DNA of 61,472 nt, counting the filler, from Choristocarpus tenellus KU-1152 (Eukaryota; Protista; Phaeophyceae), in assembly GCA_964200185.2 (NCBI GenBank). It is 13 parts of 13 records of this genome, joined end to end, with 100 filler letters (N's around TTAATTAATTAA, not from the genome) between each part and the next. Parts side by side here need not be neighbours in the genome. Positions count along the whole stretch, not along the records: positions 33,964 to 46,372 come from CAXNAD020001847.1; positions 46,473 to 49,599 come from CAXNAD020022126.1; positions 49,700 to 52,338 come from CAXNAD020026052.1; positions 52,439 to 55,445 come from CAXNAD020022987.1; 9 more parts are not named here. One strand, written 5' to 3'. The first letter of the stretch is position 1, and every line of letters begins with the position of its first letter. The notes below the pieces were generated by a model, which worked only from the letters and a program-made list of their open reading frames with translations, did not search any database and had not been told where the DNA came from. Positions 38,600 to 52,639 of the stretch are shown one piece after another. Both the position numbers and the translations under genes were made by a program.

Positions 38600-39029
38600 T
38601 ATTGAGTAGATAAGTACACGGTACTAGCTACCAGATTTCGCTTGGCTTGAGTTAGCAAGGAATGTATGTGATAGTACAAGACATTTGATCAACCCAAGCC
38701 CTGTTTTATGCCACACCATGCATGCACTAATTCAGAAGCATCAAGCATAGTCTATGCTCTCCAGGAAAAGCATTGATGCATAATAGTGTGCCAAGGTACC
38801 CAAACAACAATAAGTCGTGCTTGGTCAATCACGGGGCAGTTCCCGCTGCTGGTTCACCATCCAACCGTACGCAGGTCTTAGGTTCATTGTAAGAACTCCC
38901 CCAAAAGAGTTCATATCCCCAGCCAAGTTTACCTCAGCAGCAAAGTGTTGTCTAGAATGATGGCTACCCCCTCTCACAGTGTGAGTTGGCTGTTCAATCC
39001 AAACACTTTGCAATGACCACATGGCATTA

Positions 39030-39310
39030 TCTCAAGTGCCTTGCACCCTCAACATGCGTGTCTGGAGAAAAACTCATTTTCCTTTCCCACTCTCTTCATT
39101 TTCGTCTTCTGCTCTCGAACACGCAAAGGTAATGTCTTCCTTTCCCTCACAAAGTGGTCATCGGAATGCATCAAAGAGGGAGATACCCCAAATGGGACTT
39201 AGATGTCTCTGCAAATCAACGTCATGTCCTGAACTGCTCCTGGGATTGTGGGATTACCATTTTGAAAGTAAAAGGCAGCTCTTCACACGAATAGCCTTTG
39301 GTGACACACA
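39030..39310 (-). mobile_element. Possible decayed Copia RNase H remnant
   Basis: Weak motifs HNPRSSSGHDVD and DHFVRE, in Copia order. Confidence 0.3.
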
Positions 39311-40201
39311 GAATATTGTTATATAGACACTTGAGCTCGAAAATAGTACCTTGAATACTGGGTGAGACTCTACAAATTGTTCTCAACCTTGTCGTAACAA
39401 ATGCCTAGCATAAAGCTTCCATTCCTTTTACAAAATATCTTTTGTTCAAAATTCTAACACAGAATTTGCAATCCCTCAACAGGGTGTTACTGTGATATTC
39501 ATTTGATCATTTCAGGTTTTTTCACAACCAAACGTGCACAACTTTAAAACAACAGGTTTGCAATTGTCACCGTTCACTATAGGAGTCAACACTTGCCTAT
39601 ATTTCCAATGTCCTAAATGGATCTGTCTGATCAGCAACACAAGGTTAACTCCAGAATCAACGACCCCCAGGGACTGTTTCGCGGACTCTAGATGTTGCCC
39701 AGAGTCACCCGAGGCAAAATATCATACCACTCCCCTATCACAAGGGCTCCTTCATTGGTGCCTCAGCCTGCTAAATAGAATCAGGTAGTGCTGAGGGTGC
39801 TAATAAGCATTCCACAGAGGTCAGTCCAAGTAGATAAACTCTGATACATAACGGAAAGTGTATAGTATCAAGTAGAGTGGATGTAGATGAGTGGCATATA
39901 TCTGTGAAAAACAATTATGCAAGAGGAGTGTAACTTTCAGCATGGATTTGATGGGAATCATCAAGCAAAGGCTACTGGTTGGTCCAGATGCATTTATCAC
40001 AAAGATAGTGCCATGACTTCCTAATAGAGCAACCCATGTGCACAGGTGGACAGTCTTAGAAGAGTAGGGTCAAAGGCTGCTCCATAAAACTACTGGAATA
40101 GGTGGAACCCCCAGTGAAAGAGTATCCCTCAAGATTACAGAGCGACTAGCACTCAGACCACTTTGCAGCAACCAGCCAGTCTTGGCTTGAGCTAAGATAC
40201 C

Positions 40202-41646
40202 TCATGCGAAATAAGGCCGACCACGGAAGCTGGCCCCAAATCTTGAAGCTAACTCTTGTACGGCTTCCAGGTCCACATCCTCTCGACTAACCACTGTGCA
40301 TTCTGTTGCCAGCCCTCGAGCTGCACAAGAGGCAATGATTGCACACACCCTGCCATGGGCATCCTTTGATACCAGCCCTGTCAATGTGGGTTGCATTAAC
40401 TGCTTAGGGTACCCACGAGACACGGTACAACATAGGGTTAGGGTTAGGTGTAGAATGGATAGATTATGCCTGACCTTTCTCCACCACGAGAAGCTGTCAA
40501 CCTGTCAAGGTGAAAATCAGGCAGGTTCGTAACATTGATGGACCTTACAGAAGATATATACTTCTGAGTGTGAATCTGCCCTACATACAGGCATAAGCAA
40601 AGGGAAAGGCAGGACACTCCTACATTCCACCTCAACAAGCACCAATGAGCGTCAGTGAGAAATACAAACCTCCACACCACCTTAGCCACAAACCACAGGA
40701 ATTAACTGTATACAGCCTGCTACAGCAATGGAAAAGTGAAACAGATATTCTACTTCAAAGAGTCAGAGTTTTCGCAAAAGAGTGCACGCCTCACCAAGAG
40801 TCCAGAAAGACACTGTACACATACACTTCGTACTGCAATGTAATTGGTCCACACTTTTGCCCAATCCCATACCCTTGCCTTTCCTTCAGTTCGAATATCA
40901 GAGCCTACAAGTAATGTCACCTTCTCATATTGTTTCGGGTCTGCCGTGTTGATGGCCACAGACACAGAGTCAAACAGATCATGGATATCTTCTGCCAATA
41001 CCTCTGGCGGGAGTAGGAGAGTCGAATAGTCTCTATTGCTACTGTTGCGACCTGTTTTTGTCTTGATTGTGTCCTCCGCTGCCATCATAGCAGGGGGCCC
41101 CAGCCCATTCGTTACGAGGCGAATGGGTATTGAAAGGCTTGTTGAATCAAGGGTGCTGTGACCGACAGGAGAGGGTGGGCTTGGCAGCAAGAGGAGGTCA
41201 GGATGGTGTTCTCGTAGCTCAGTAACCACCTGCTTCAATAATTCCCATTGGCAGGGAAAGAAAGAGGGAGAATGAGGTAGGGGGGGGCAGGGGATGACAA
41301 GTTGGTGGAATGGGTTGTAAAAACGGGGTTGAGATGAATGTGCCACATCCCTTAAATATATGATCTATTTTTGTGCAAATTTCGGTAACAAATTACACTT
41401 GTTTACAAGTAAGATGTCGTCATTGGGGCCTCGACCCATGACTTCAGCTGCAAGCATGTTTATTATCCACAACTTGTCGATATAGTATCCGTGAACAAAA
41501 TAACACAAAACGCTGCGTATTACCAAAAGCCAAGAAACGTCTACGATAGTTACTCCAAATCAAGAGTACCCACCTCCTTTACCGTCTCCCAGCGGAGCAT
41601 CGGTTCTCCAAGCCCAGCAAACACGATCTCCTTTGGTTGTTTTGGA
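40202..41646 (-). CDS. TatD-family-associated radical SAM protein homologue, 3' exons 41646-41583, 41229-40921, 40399-40202 (5' exons not located)
   Basis: EIVFAGLGEPMLRW, IRLVTNGL, FDSVSVAINTADPKQYEKLMQP, ECTVVSREDVDLEAVQELASRFGASFRGRPYFA parallel the prokaryotic TatD-associated radical SAM family; phase-consistent GT-AG introns. Confidence 0.75.
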
Positions 41647-43785
41647 CTATTGAAGTTCCCGCATTGTATCATGGGTCATAAGGGGGAGAAGGAGCAAAGA
41701 GGGGTGTACAGAGTCGCTTTCAACGCCTATGCCTGTGACTTGAACTTCTGTCACTTGTGGAACCCCCTGACTAACGGCAGTTCTACGCCAAGGCGCTAAG
41801 TCTTTTGTGCGAACATTGCTCAAAAATGAGGGGTTACATCTCGTGGAGATTGATAATGAAGCAAGTGAAAATTGATATTTGTGGTAAGCAAAGGTGGACA
41901 GAGAGAGAGGGAAACTGTACGCGTCATAGATAATCGTGGAAGGTCCATTGACTTCAATCGTCGCAATCCTGTATACTGCGCTAATCAGCGATGCACTATC
42001 CACAGCGAGGGAGGCAGACCGGATTCCCCCGACTGAGATACGCTGGAAAATGAAGAAAGAAGGCCAAGGACACAAATACAAAGTAACTCCAAGATTCATT
42101 ACAATATTTGCAACAGCTTCTTTTTGGTCAAGCATTCTTATCCTTCCCTCACCAGGGACACCCTTCTCACGTGCCAGCTCGCCAGGAAAGCTCAAAGATC
42201 AAACTCTCCATTATCTCCTGTGTACAAGGGTCTCGTCCCTCTGGTATCAAACGGGAAAAAGAGGGAGGCATGACAAAGCGGGGTCCCCTAGAAGCAACCA
42301 GGCTCGTAGCGGAGCAGCGGTTGGTCACAGCCACATACCTATTTCAGAGGGTGAGGAATTGTATTATTGGTGGAATCAAAGAACCCTACCACGGATACAA
42401 TGCTGTCGTCTTAGGAATTGGTCATACCCTCGTCATGCATAGAAGAGGATCTCGCCCACCACACTCACAGGGATGATTTGAGAGTGTATGTGATCCCCGT
42501 CCACTTCATCCTTCCAACTAACTTGACCAATAGTGAGATGTTAAAGTGCCTGGTGTGCTTTTCACAAGCGTAAAGGTTTTGTTGAGAGTATAGTACAAGT
42601 ACAGTTGGAATGAGACCAATCCACCCCCCACTACATATCATGATTTTTATTTTTATGTATGAACATTGAACGTCAAGTATGTAATGCAAGTAGTGTGAAG
42701 GACCAATGACAAACCTATGATTCACGCAGACTGCTACTGTTAGGCGAACTCTCAAAACTGTTGTACCTCTAAGATAGCCTGGCACTCTGGGCAGGCACAG
42801 AGAAGACGCTCTGTGGTTAGCAATGGGTCCGAGATGGAAATCGTTTGTATTGGGGTTGACATCCACAATTGCACTGACAACGACAGTGGCCCTTGCCTGG
42901 ACACCTGGCGTATTCCAGGTGCACTGTTAGATTGAGAGCAAACATCAGCTATATGTCGGTCGCCAGGCCCTGGGTAAACGCCCAAGATTGAAAGATGTAA
43001 TATTGGGTAGAACCTGAGGTAGGCAGCATACTTGGTAAAACCTTGCGTCTAAGAGTCAACTGATATGTTGTGCACATCATTGTTGGTATCTTGTGGTCAG
43101 GGTTGAACATCAACACGATGTGCCCCCTTCTCCTCGGATCCTAAGTTCGAATCCCCAACATGCACGTCCTAAATATGATGCGGTTTGTTTTGGTGGATGC
43201 ACACTATGACTAAACTTCTCAAACCCCCTCCAATCAACGTCTCGTACACTTAGCGTTTGGGAACTCACAACCTGATGGGACCAGCGGTAGATGTCAGGTT
43301 TGGAGGCGGTGCACTGCAACCCAGGACCCATGGAAATGACATTCAGGCCTCCGTACGAATGCCGAGGTAGCTTCCACCTTTATTCCATCTGGGCTCTGGA
43401 GAATTATAGTTTAGATGGGGAATGGAGTGGGAATTTTGATCTTCTCCATTGATTTGCTAGTGAGAATTTAGGTGGTGGAAGCTTAGAGTCATGACCGTGA
43501 TCCAAACCTAAATTCGAAGGGATACAGTCGAAGGCTGAATGCATCAAGATTGGTTTGCCCTTGAGCAACACTTGGCATACACTTGGACGATTTCTCTTTC
43601 TTGCACTGCTGTTGAGGGTTGAGAGGCCTCTGCTTACCCCCCCCCCCTCTCCCCCCTCCCCCCTACCCCCCCCCCCCCGACTTAAACTCAAAAAACGGAG
43701 TCCCTCCCCAACGTGCGCACAAAAANNNNNNNNNNCTGCTTACCCCCCCCCCCTCTCCCTACTCCCAATTCCCCTCCCCTGCCAG

Positions 43786-45338
43786 ATTTAGACTGAAAGA
43801 GGGAGCTCGCTCCCCAAGTGACGAAAATAACGGTGTTCCGCCTTTTTATCGAAGTGTGGAAGCAGTGCAAACTTATGGCCGCTTACCCATCTGGCCCATA
43901 CAAAACGGTGAATTCCTAACACTTCCCCTCCCTTTAACGGCTAAATACCCCATTACAGAGCTCCCTTATATTTCCACGCTTAGATCTTTTGGTAGTGATG
44001 CAGTGAGTGACACCTGAACAGAGTAGCGGTCGTGTATTCGTTTCACCTTCTGAACGCCCAGTGTGTAGACTTCCGTCACTGGCAGCAATAGTCAGTACAT
44101 GTCTGTGCATCATTGAACTCACCTCATACCTGCTCGTCTCGCTTTTGTGACTTCTGTCCCTCCAATGCCTTTCGCTCAGTGGCAGTTACATCTCTCCTGT
44201 TTGCAACCTTCCGACACGCCTCTGTCAACTACCACTTATGGCTGCAATGACTTACAACATGAACTTTGGAATACCCCATACCCCCTCCCCCCTGCCTTGC
44301 TTAAGGTATCTTGCTGACGGCATTGGATTTATTTGGCATGAAAACCCTGGCACAAAAGCTAGAGGATTTGTGGGGGGGGCGTGTGTGTCCCATGCAACTG
44401 AACCCTCAAGTGTGCGACCCGTTCCTCCTGATCAGTCATCACCATCACTCCTTCTGGCCCCTAGACCCCTTCCGTCCCCTATCAAAGCTTATCGTTCAGG
44501 AAGGCTTTCCATCTCATCCACACAGGGGTTTCCAGACTGTGACTTACGTGATGAAGGTAAAGGAAGACCACTTGTGTGTTGGTTCATGTCAAGAGTAGTA
44601 ATATTGAAAATAATACTATTGGGTAGGGAACGTGATGGAAGAGCAACATTTACGCCAATAGAATACCCTCTTTTGTCACATTGAGCCAATGGGATGCATT
44701 TACCGTGCAGTGTCTCCTCCCCATATTTTTTTGTATTTTTGTTGGTGTTCTTTTTTGGTGGGATTGAAGGCAAGAGGGGATGTGAGAAGGATTATGGAGT
44801 AGTAAAGAGGGGGGGGGGTGTACATAGCAAAGAAAGTGGAGATAATTGGGAGCTCCATGACTCTACTGTAGTTGCTGGACTTTTGAGATATTTTTGAATC
44901 CCTTTTTTTCTATGATTGAGAAATGATCAAGCGCATTTGTGGATGGAGCAGTTGGGTGGCCATCCTTGTCAGCTCATCAAGTAATTTCTCAGGCACGGGC
45001 TTTTTTTTTTCACAGGGCAGGGTACTGTATACCTTAGTGAAAGCCACATCACCAAATGCACTTCTTGTCGAACAAATTATCGCTGACTTCAAGCCTCACC
45101 TTCATCCTCAACTCTTCATGGTCCATCACTCCTCACTTACACATTGTCTGCTCCATCTCCCTTGTGTTGCACACCTCCTGTGCAGGGGAGCATGACACAC
45201 CGGGACTCACTTGGCCTTAAACAGACCTACGGGGCTGGGACAGTGCAATGGCTCAATGCTGGGCGTGGAATCATGCACGAGGAGATGTGGGGGTTGGACG
45301 ACTGGTCGAAGACTGACATTGAAATCTACCAAATATGG
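43786..45338 (+). CDS. PIR: Pirin-like cupin, partial; exons 43786-43907, 44306-44556, 45186-45338
   Basis: DPFLL, EGFPSHPHRGFQTVTYVMK/GSMTHRDSLG, VQWLNAGRGIMHEEM: complete His-His-His-Glu metal site; junction phases consistent. Confidence 0.9.
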
Positions 45339-45493
45339 GTATGTTGTGTTGCGTTTGTTGCTCACTTGCAACTCAAACCCCTTGCCCCGACCTGGCCTCT
45401 CCATCAGCTCTTATCATTTCGTTTGCCTTCCTCTTGAGTTATGGGCAGTGGTGCCTCCTGTGGCTGTTGATGTAGTTTTTGTCGATATCTGTG

Positions 45494-45552
<59 letters not shown>

Positions 45553-48500
45553 GTATTTGTCTAATTTGTTTTTGTTCAGTCCTTCTCGTACTTGGTAAGC
45601 TCTATGCGTTGAACTGGAAGATGTTGTGTGCTCAGGAACATACCCCCGAGGTGTGCCACAGCAAACTTGTGTTTAGTGGACAAGCTGAGGCGTGGACTTG
45701 TGAGTTCTTTGCCGCAGTCCAAGTGCACAGACGTAAAAACATAAGCACAAGTGGGGCAGACCGATGGACCACTTTCCTGACTCTCTACAGTAGGAGGATA
45801 AGCAAATAGAGTGTGATCCTGAGATGGGTGAAAGGGGAAACGTGAAGATTGAGATGACCTCTAGGGGAGAGCACATGACTAGAGGGGTGATGACCCATGG
45901 ATTATGCTGGGCTGACTCCCCAGCCTCTGATTTTTTGAAACATTGTGATTACAGGATATGGGAGAGATAACTTCAGCCCCATTAATCACCACAGACATTG
46001 TTCTTGTAAACTCATGAGGACAACATTGACCTACTCCAGCACTGTACAGAAATTGAGAACTAAATGATAGAATCCTGATATTCCAGTGTGCTCTGTGAGT
46101 TGGGGTTGGGGTTGGGGTTGGATGAGCTTGGGAGACAAGTGAGATCAGAGCACGATGAGATATATGGCATGTTCTTGTACACGCATTTTATGCGTAACTG
46201 TAGCGTGCACTATGTCCATGTTTTTCCCTTTAATTCTTAGTTGTGGGATATAAGTGCAATCATACGCACCAAAAGCACACCATCACTTGCATGTACTGCA
46301 TTGATATGCGCCTGGCTTTGATGCAATCCCTAACATGTGTTGGATCTCGTGTGTGTGTGTGTGTGGGGGGGGNNNNNNNNNNNNNNNNNNNNNNNNNNNN
46401 NNNNNNNNNNNNNNNNTTAATTAATTAANNNNNNNNNNNNNNNNNNNNNNNNNNNNNNNNNNNNNNNNNNNNGTCTCTCTTTGATCTGTCCTCCTGTCGG
46501 TCTTCTCGCTCCCCTTCATTACGTAGAACCTGTCGGCTGTTTCCACCTGTTTCACAGAAGTACTATAATAGTATCGATTTTACTATTCACTACATCTCAC
46601 AGTATGGAACGATTACCTACACACACTTCATACACACTACCTCTCTTTCACCATTAAAACAATTATAATATTAGTATAAATTACTAAAATTTCTCTTTTT
46701 TCTCCTACTAGAACAGTCTTACTGTTCCACTAGGGCTATTTCTACTGCACTTCTCCATGCCTTGCTTCTCATAATCTTGAGTTCAGTTGTTACAGGCGAA
46801 TAGCGCGACTTACAGATGAGTGATTATATTAAGAAGATGCAGAGTAAGATTCGGAAATACCTACGTAACATCATAGAAGAAAATGTCGAAGTCACTCAGA
46901 AGTTGAAGAATAAAGGCTTATGATTGGAGTACCTATAGAGTAGTTGATATAAGAACAACGAAATTGGNNNNNNNNNNGGGTGGATGATGAAAATAATAAG
47001 AGAGCTTTTTGTGGCAACACTCTGACCTCCCTTATGCCTTAGCCTTCTCTTGATACTCCACTCAGTACTTAGCTCACAGCTTGACTCAATGTTTCGTTCA
47101 AAAGATAGACTGGTTGACCCAAATGTTGCTGTGATTTCTACTCCATCAACGTTCCAGTTTGAAATAAGTGTATGCTAACACAAGAGTATGTACCATTGTA
47201 GTATGAAGCAAGACAGGAATCAAGAGCAGTGCAACATCATGCAAACAACTTTCAATTACTTTCTTAGTGTACCGGGCACAAGGAAGTGACAAGTAGAAAT
47301 CTCGGATATCCAAGGTATGGGTCTGCTATATTCGTCGTTTTCCCAGGTACGAACATGATGGATAACACAAAGGTTGACGCATGGGCAGGGGATACTTTTT
47401 TTGGACTAGGAACAATGACAAGTGTACAGGAACTTTAGAGGTACGATTTTTGTTGCTGCTAGTAAATTCTGAACACATGGCATTTACCGTCACCACCAAT
47501 AGAACTGATAAACTTGAAACCAATAGAAGAATCCTTAGTGGTCCCATTACGTGGTTGTGTGTATGGATTCCAATTACAACAAAAAATATATGGCAACTGC
47601 TTCTCAAAATATAAAATCATTCGGCAGCTCAGATCGATCAGCCTATAGGTGCTTTAAAATGCCACCTTGAAGTCGATAAGGGGAGTGTTGAAGCATCCAT
47701 TTTGGTGTTTAACAGGCTACACAAAAGTATTTTTCATTTTCACATGACCGAGGTAGTACTTCTCCTTGTGCATGGCGTTGAGGTGCCGATACGCAGAGAG
47801 TTGTGAGGACAAAAGGGGGGCAGAGGAGAGGCGACGCAAGTGAAGGGGGGAAGGAAGGGATAAATGGTGCACGTGTACCCTCCCAACGGCAAAAGAGGGT
47901 GACAGACGGGATGGGAAAGCAACAATTCTTCAGTTTCGAGCGAATACAAGCCCACCTGAGTCTCCACTCTGGGGGCATTGCGATGTTCCACAAACAACCA
48001 GCCACAGGATGGACTGGGACCATTGGGGATGTCAGCAATGGCTGCAAATCATCAATGTTGTCCCTTAGCACGTTGAAGAAGCGATGAAACTTTCTGCTCG
48101 ACGAATACAGTGTACAAACACACTCAAAGGGGAGGGAAGGAGTGGCAAGTCCGGAATCTCTCTTAGGAATACGTCTGTGAGTCTTCGGGATCAAAGACCC
48201 GAGAGATAAGAGGACAACCGCACAATGGTGCATGTGTCCGAGCGACGCTTCAAGTAGGAGGACGACTGCTATCATGAGCGATTATCAAGCAAAATTATTG
48301 TTAACAACTCCCGTCGAGTTTGCATGGCGTGAAACTCTGCTCCTTCCCACATACTGTCTCCACTTAAGAGTTGATGTGGATTCAGATCTTCTCGATGGTA
48401 TCAAGAATGATGTTCGTTAGTGACAGGATATGGTACGCTGGTTTAAATTGAGGTGCGGGATAGATCTGCTGGAAGTAAGATACCATTGCCCTATTGTACC

Positions 48501-49699
48501 TAATTGTACCCAAACGAAAGGTATGGAATAACATATTATTTTTTGTTGGTCTATAGTTATCGAAGACTACTTTTTTACAATATCACCAGTTTAAATATTT
48601 GATCAATTCTTATTTTACTGGTTTGTCGTTCAAATATGAGTAGACACAGGTTTTTACACTTTTTTTTAATTTTTTGTGGACGTTTTTGAGGATGTGGACG
48701 AATATTTATTTGTATGTCATGGTTGAAGAATGGTGAAGATCCACAAATCAAATCTACCCATAAACCTTGAACCAAAAAACAACACATTTTATAACAGAGA
48801 ACCGTTTTCAGATCTTCATGGTGAAAGATTCAAACAGAACGAACCAACAGAACACATTCTACAAAAAATGACAGTTATTCTCTTTCTTTTATTGAAGTTA
48901 TTCTAGAAGATAGAATGAAACTTATAATACTTCACAAATCATCCAGAATCTTTGTGGACACAGATTTTCCCTGTGGTCGACTAACCTATTGTTTAATAAT
49001 TGATGTTGGTGGATAATCATGGTTGAGTCAACCAATCCTTACCGTTAAACCCCCTCCTATACATACCGTTATTGTCCCGTAAACATCATCACACATGCCT
49101 TCATCAACACCACTGGTGCCTCCATCGACATCGTTTACTGTTGACCTGTGAACCACACTCATCAGTACAGAGTTAAAGGGAAATAGTCGAGGCTATGCGT
49201 CTACTAAACATGGACCTTCTTCGGAACTCGACAGAAACGAGGGACAGGACTAATGTAAGGCAGTATGCATCTCCTTCTCACAGTGTTGCTTTTACCGAAA
49301 ATGTCATCATCAAACTTTTCCATTGACACGCGCCTTCCGTCTCCTACGACTAAGGTACCTACACTTCTTGCAAGTTTCCGCATGCAGGTCTTATTTCAAC
49401 TCCACGATTCGCAACGTGATCAAACAACCATAGATTGTGCTTACACGGCCTATCTGCCTTGGGCCTTCGATTGTACTGTTAACATGCTATGCTTCTAGAC
49501 CATGGAAGGCAAAGTTGAACGAGGCCCATTGTCGAATAACCTAGTGTTATCCTTACGTTGTTTGTGCTGACACAAGTATACAACATAGGTTATACGTACN
49601 NNNNNNNNNNNNNNNNNNNNNNNNNNNNNNNNNNNNNNNNNNNTTAATTAATTAANNNNNNNNNNNNNNNNNNNNNNNNNNNNNNNNNNNNNNNNNNNN

Positions 49700-52338
49700 G
49701 AAACAAGGTGGTGGACAACCCGCTACAGTTTCAGGTATGATTCACCTTGGGGGGGGGGGTTCTACACCAGGGTGTCCATTTGGGCCCTGACCAGGAAAAG
49801 TGCACTTACAATATCCATCCAACACATGCAACCTAATCGCACAAATATTCCGATAAGGAAAAATGAACCCCAAATAGACAGCTACCCCCCTCCCCCCCAA
49901 GACACTTTGAGCCTTTGTGGGTGTGTGGGTATGGGTGTGGGTGTGGGTGTATGTATGTATATATATATTTTTATATTTTTATATTTTTGTTTTTTATTTG
50001 GACTTGGATGGGAAGTATGAGCTACTGTGGTCTGTGAATGGGATTGCTTGCAGGCATTGGAGTGAGTGAAGTGGACATTGTGTAAGGCACGTTTACCTCA
50101 ATTTTTTTTGCGCATGGATTGTGGGGTAGGTGCCGGAATGCTGGGTTGTGCTACTTGGCTACCAACACTTCTCATCACTGTTTTCGACACCGTTATCATC
50201 AGCACCTGTAAAAAAAAAATCCGTCCCGTGGCGGATTTTGGATTAAGAAAATATTTGCCTTGCATACAGTGCAGTAAGAAACACGCCTTTCCCAATTGTT
50301 GCTGTAGCACTACTTGAGATGTTCTGCTTTGGTGCACGAACGGTATCAATACTTCCTGTAGTTATTTTGCGGCCTCTGATGGTGGGATGTTTGAGTATTT
50401 ATTTGTCTTAGCAACACAGCGCTCTGAGTTGTGTCTCCAACATTTTTGCAGTCAGTTGCACCTTTGAAAAGTGTGCTGAATGTCTCTGGGACAGGTCACG
50501 AAACGTCCCGATGAGGTTCCATTCGCACTTTTCCTAGCCTGAGCTCCCCTCGCTTATTCCTTGCGTGTTATATGGACAGGTGCTGCTACAGAGGCTGTTG
50601 GAAGAGGAGGCGGTGATGTCTTCGCAGATGGAAACCTGTCATCATGCAATTGCAGTTGTGCAAGGACTTATTGGTAAGAGGAAGGGGAGGCATTGAAGTA
50701 TTGGCAGTGGTACTGTGGTTTTGCAGGAACATGGAAGGCTTAGTTGTGCGCCGTGGATTGTGCCTTTTGAGAGTTAAGTGTGCTCATTACAGAATGCAAG
50801 GGGTCACAACATTTTTGGAGTGCTCCTGACTGTAAGGTTGGTCAACCTCAACTTAAATAGTGCCGAGCCTCTCAACCAGAGCTTTTTTTCATTGGGCTAG
50901 GTGACAAGGCCGGGGCTGCAGGTCAGCCCATGACCCGATCTGGTCACAATCTCTGCCAGTCCGTGATAAACGCAATGATGGCTGGAGCAGCCAGGCCAGA
51001 ATATGTTGGACGGACCCCCAAGTTGTCCCAAATACTTGTGGGAATAATTTTTAAAAAATGTATGTCGAGGCTGCATACATCTGCGTTATATCACAATATG
51101 TTCAGCTTTTGAATCATCTACTCCAAAGTTTGTGTAAATGGACCTGTGGTCCAACCCCCGGCCTGGTCCAGTTCCAATCTCTGGAGACCCTGGACTGGGC
51201 ATGTTAAAGCATGTTATAACAGGGCTGGCCCACAGCTCAGTTCGGTTGAAAACCTTGACAATCCTGGACCGGTCCTGTTTAAACACATTTTGATGAGGCT
51301 AGACTGTGGACCCGTCGATTTGGAATCCCTGATGACCCTTGGGTCCATCCTGTTGGAACATGCTACACCAGAACCTACCTGTCAGTGACCTGGGCCATTG
51401 TGTTTACTACCCAGTCCTGTGAAGAGCCCTGACCTCATCCCGCCTCCTTATCTCAACTTCCCCCTTCAACTCCCCCACCCTATTTTTTTGACTGGTGGTT
51501 TTGTGTTGGTCTCTGATTTTGCAACCCTTTTAGAGATGACGTACCCGCTTCCACGTGGGCCAACAACCACCTCCAGTTTGCTTTCATGCGACTTAAGCGT
51601 ACTTTTCCGTTGCGCTTTCATAGGGTTAGGGTTAGGTTTAGGACGTACACCTTTTTACTTTTTCGTCAGTTCTTTTTTTACATGCACATTAATGATGCAT
51701 CTCCAGTATTGTCTTACACGCTTATCTCTTGAGGTATCTCATGCCAGGTTTGTTGAGACCCTCTCAGGAGCAGTGCAAAGCATACCGGTGTTGAACACCA
51801 TTATCATTTCTCATTTCTCGTGCCTCTGACCATGGTTCAAGTCAGGATAGTCCCCAGTCTATCTATAATCAGCGACCCGCCCTACATCACCACACCACCC
51901 TGCTGATGTATCCAAATGTCAATTGGCAAGCAATCCGCCCCCAATTTCTTAAGGGAAGTGCCCTGCACCACAGTAGTGGAGTCCTATTTGCATCCCTTTT
52001 TCCTGTCAGTAGCGCCTAAATGCCCTCTCCATTTTTGACTGTGGTGAAGGTTACTTCTACCTGAGGATGGACCGACCTCTGGAGGCGATCTCCTGCGCAG
52101 AAAAGGTGTGCTCGGCTGTGCTGGCTGACTGCTGCATCCTCAACCTGCCGTTGACGTTCTCCCTCTGTGATGCTTCACGGTGCTTACTAGAGGCACGTGT
52201 AGAACAAACCAATCCTTCCCCTATTCAGAAGGACCTTGAAGTTGGTGTGAGGAGCATGCTCAGTGGAAACCGCAGGGAGAGGCAAGCCTATGCCGCTGCG
52301 TCGGAGGCGAGGGCGGGGGGGTCGTCGTCGGAAGCGGT
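49700..52338 (+). CDS. Internal exons of an unidentified gene (about 49700-49734, 50580-50673, 51748-51787, 52066-52338)
   Basis: GT/AG-bounded segments join in frame: NKVVDNPLQFQ/VLLQRLLEEEAVMSSQMETCHHAIAVVQGLIG/LLRPSQEQCKAYR/MDRPLEAISCAEK; family not recognised. Confidence 0.35.
49748..49913 (+). mobile_element. MITE subfamily B, left TIR eroded
   Basis: G-run TCTACACCAGGGTGTCCATTTGGG...AGACACTTTGAGCC. Confidence 0.8.
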
Positions 52339-52438
52339 NNNNNNNNNNNNNNNNNNNNNNNNNNNNNNNNNNNNNNNNNNNNTTAATTAATTAANNNNNN
52401 NNNNNNNNNNNNNNNNNNNNNNNNNNNNNNNNNNNNNN

Positions 52439-52581
52439 CCAAAAATCGCAACCTGAAAAAATTGACCCCAGATGGACAGCCACCACCCCCCCCAGATACT
52501 TTGAGCCGGATGTAAGTGCACTTCTCGTGGTCAGGGCCCGAATGGATTCCCTGGTGTAGACCCCCCCAGATACTTTGAGCC
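52439..52581. mobile_element. Two MITE-B ends: one copy (ends 52507) nested in an opposite-orientation copy (ends 52581)
   Basis: Two CCCCAGATACTTTGAGCC termini 74 bp apart, one with right-type and one with left-type subterminal sequence. Confidence 0.8.
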
Positions 52582-52639
52582 CAAGATGGGAAAAGACAAC
52601 TACCTGCTCTTACTGTAGTCATTATAGAATTGGAACGTA

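Noticed and set aside
47240-48420. Possible piggyBac-like remnant or gene exons
   Set aside because: Motif resemblance too weak, and no consistent frame or termini found.
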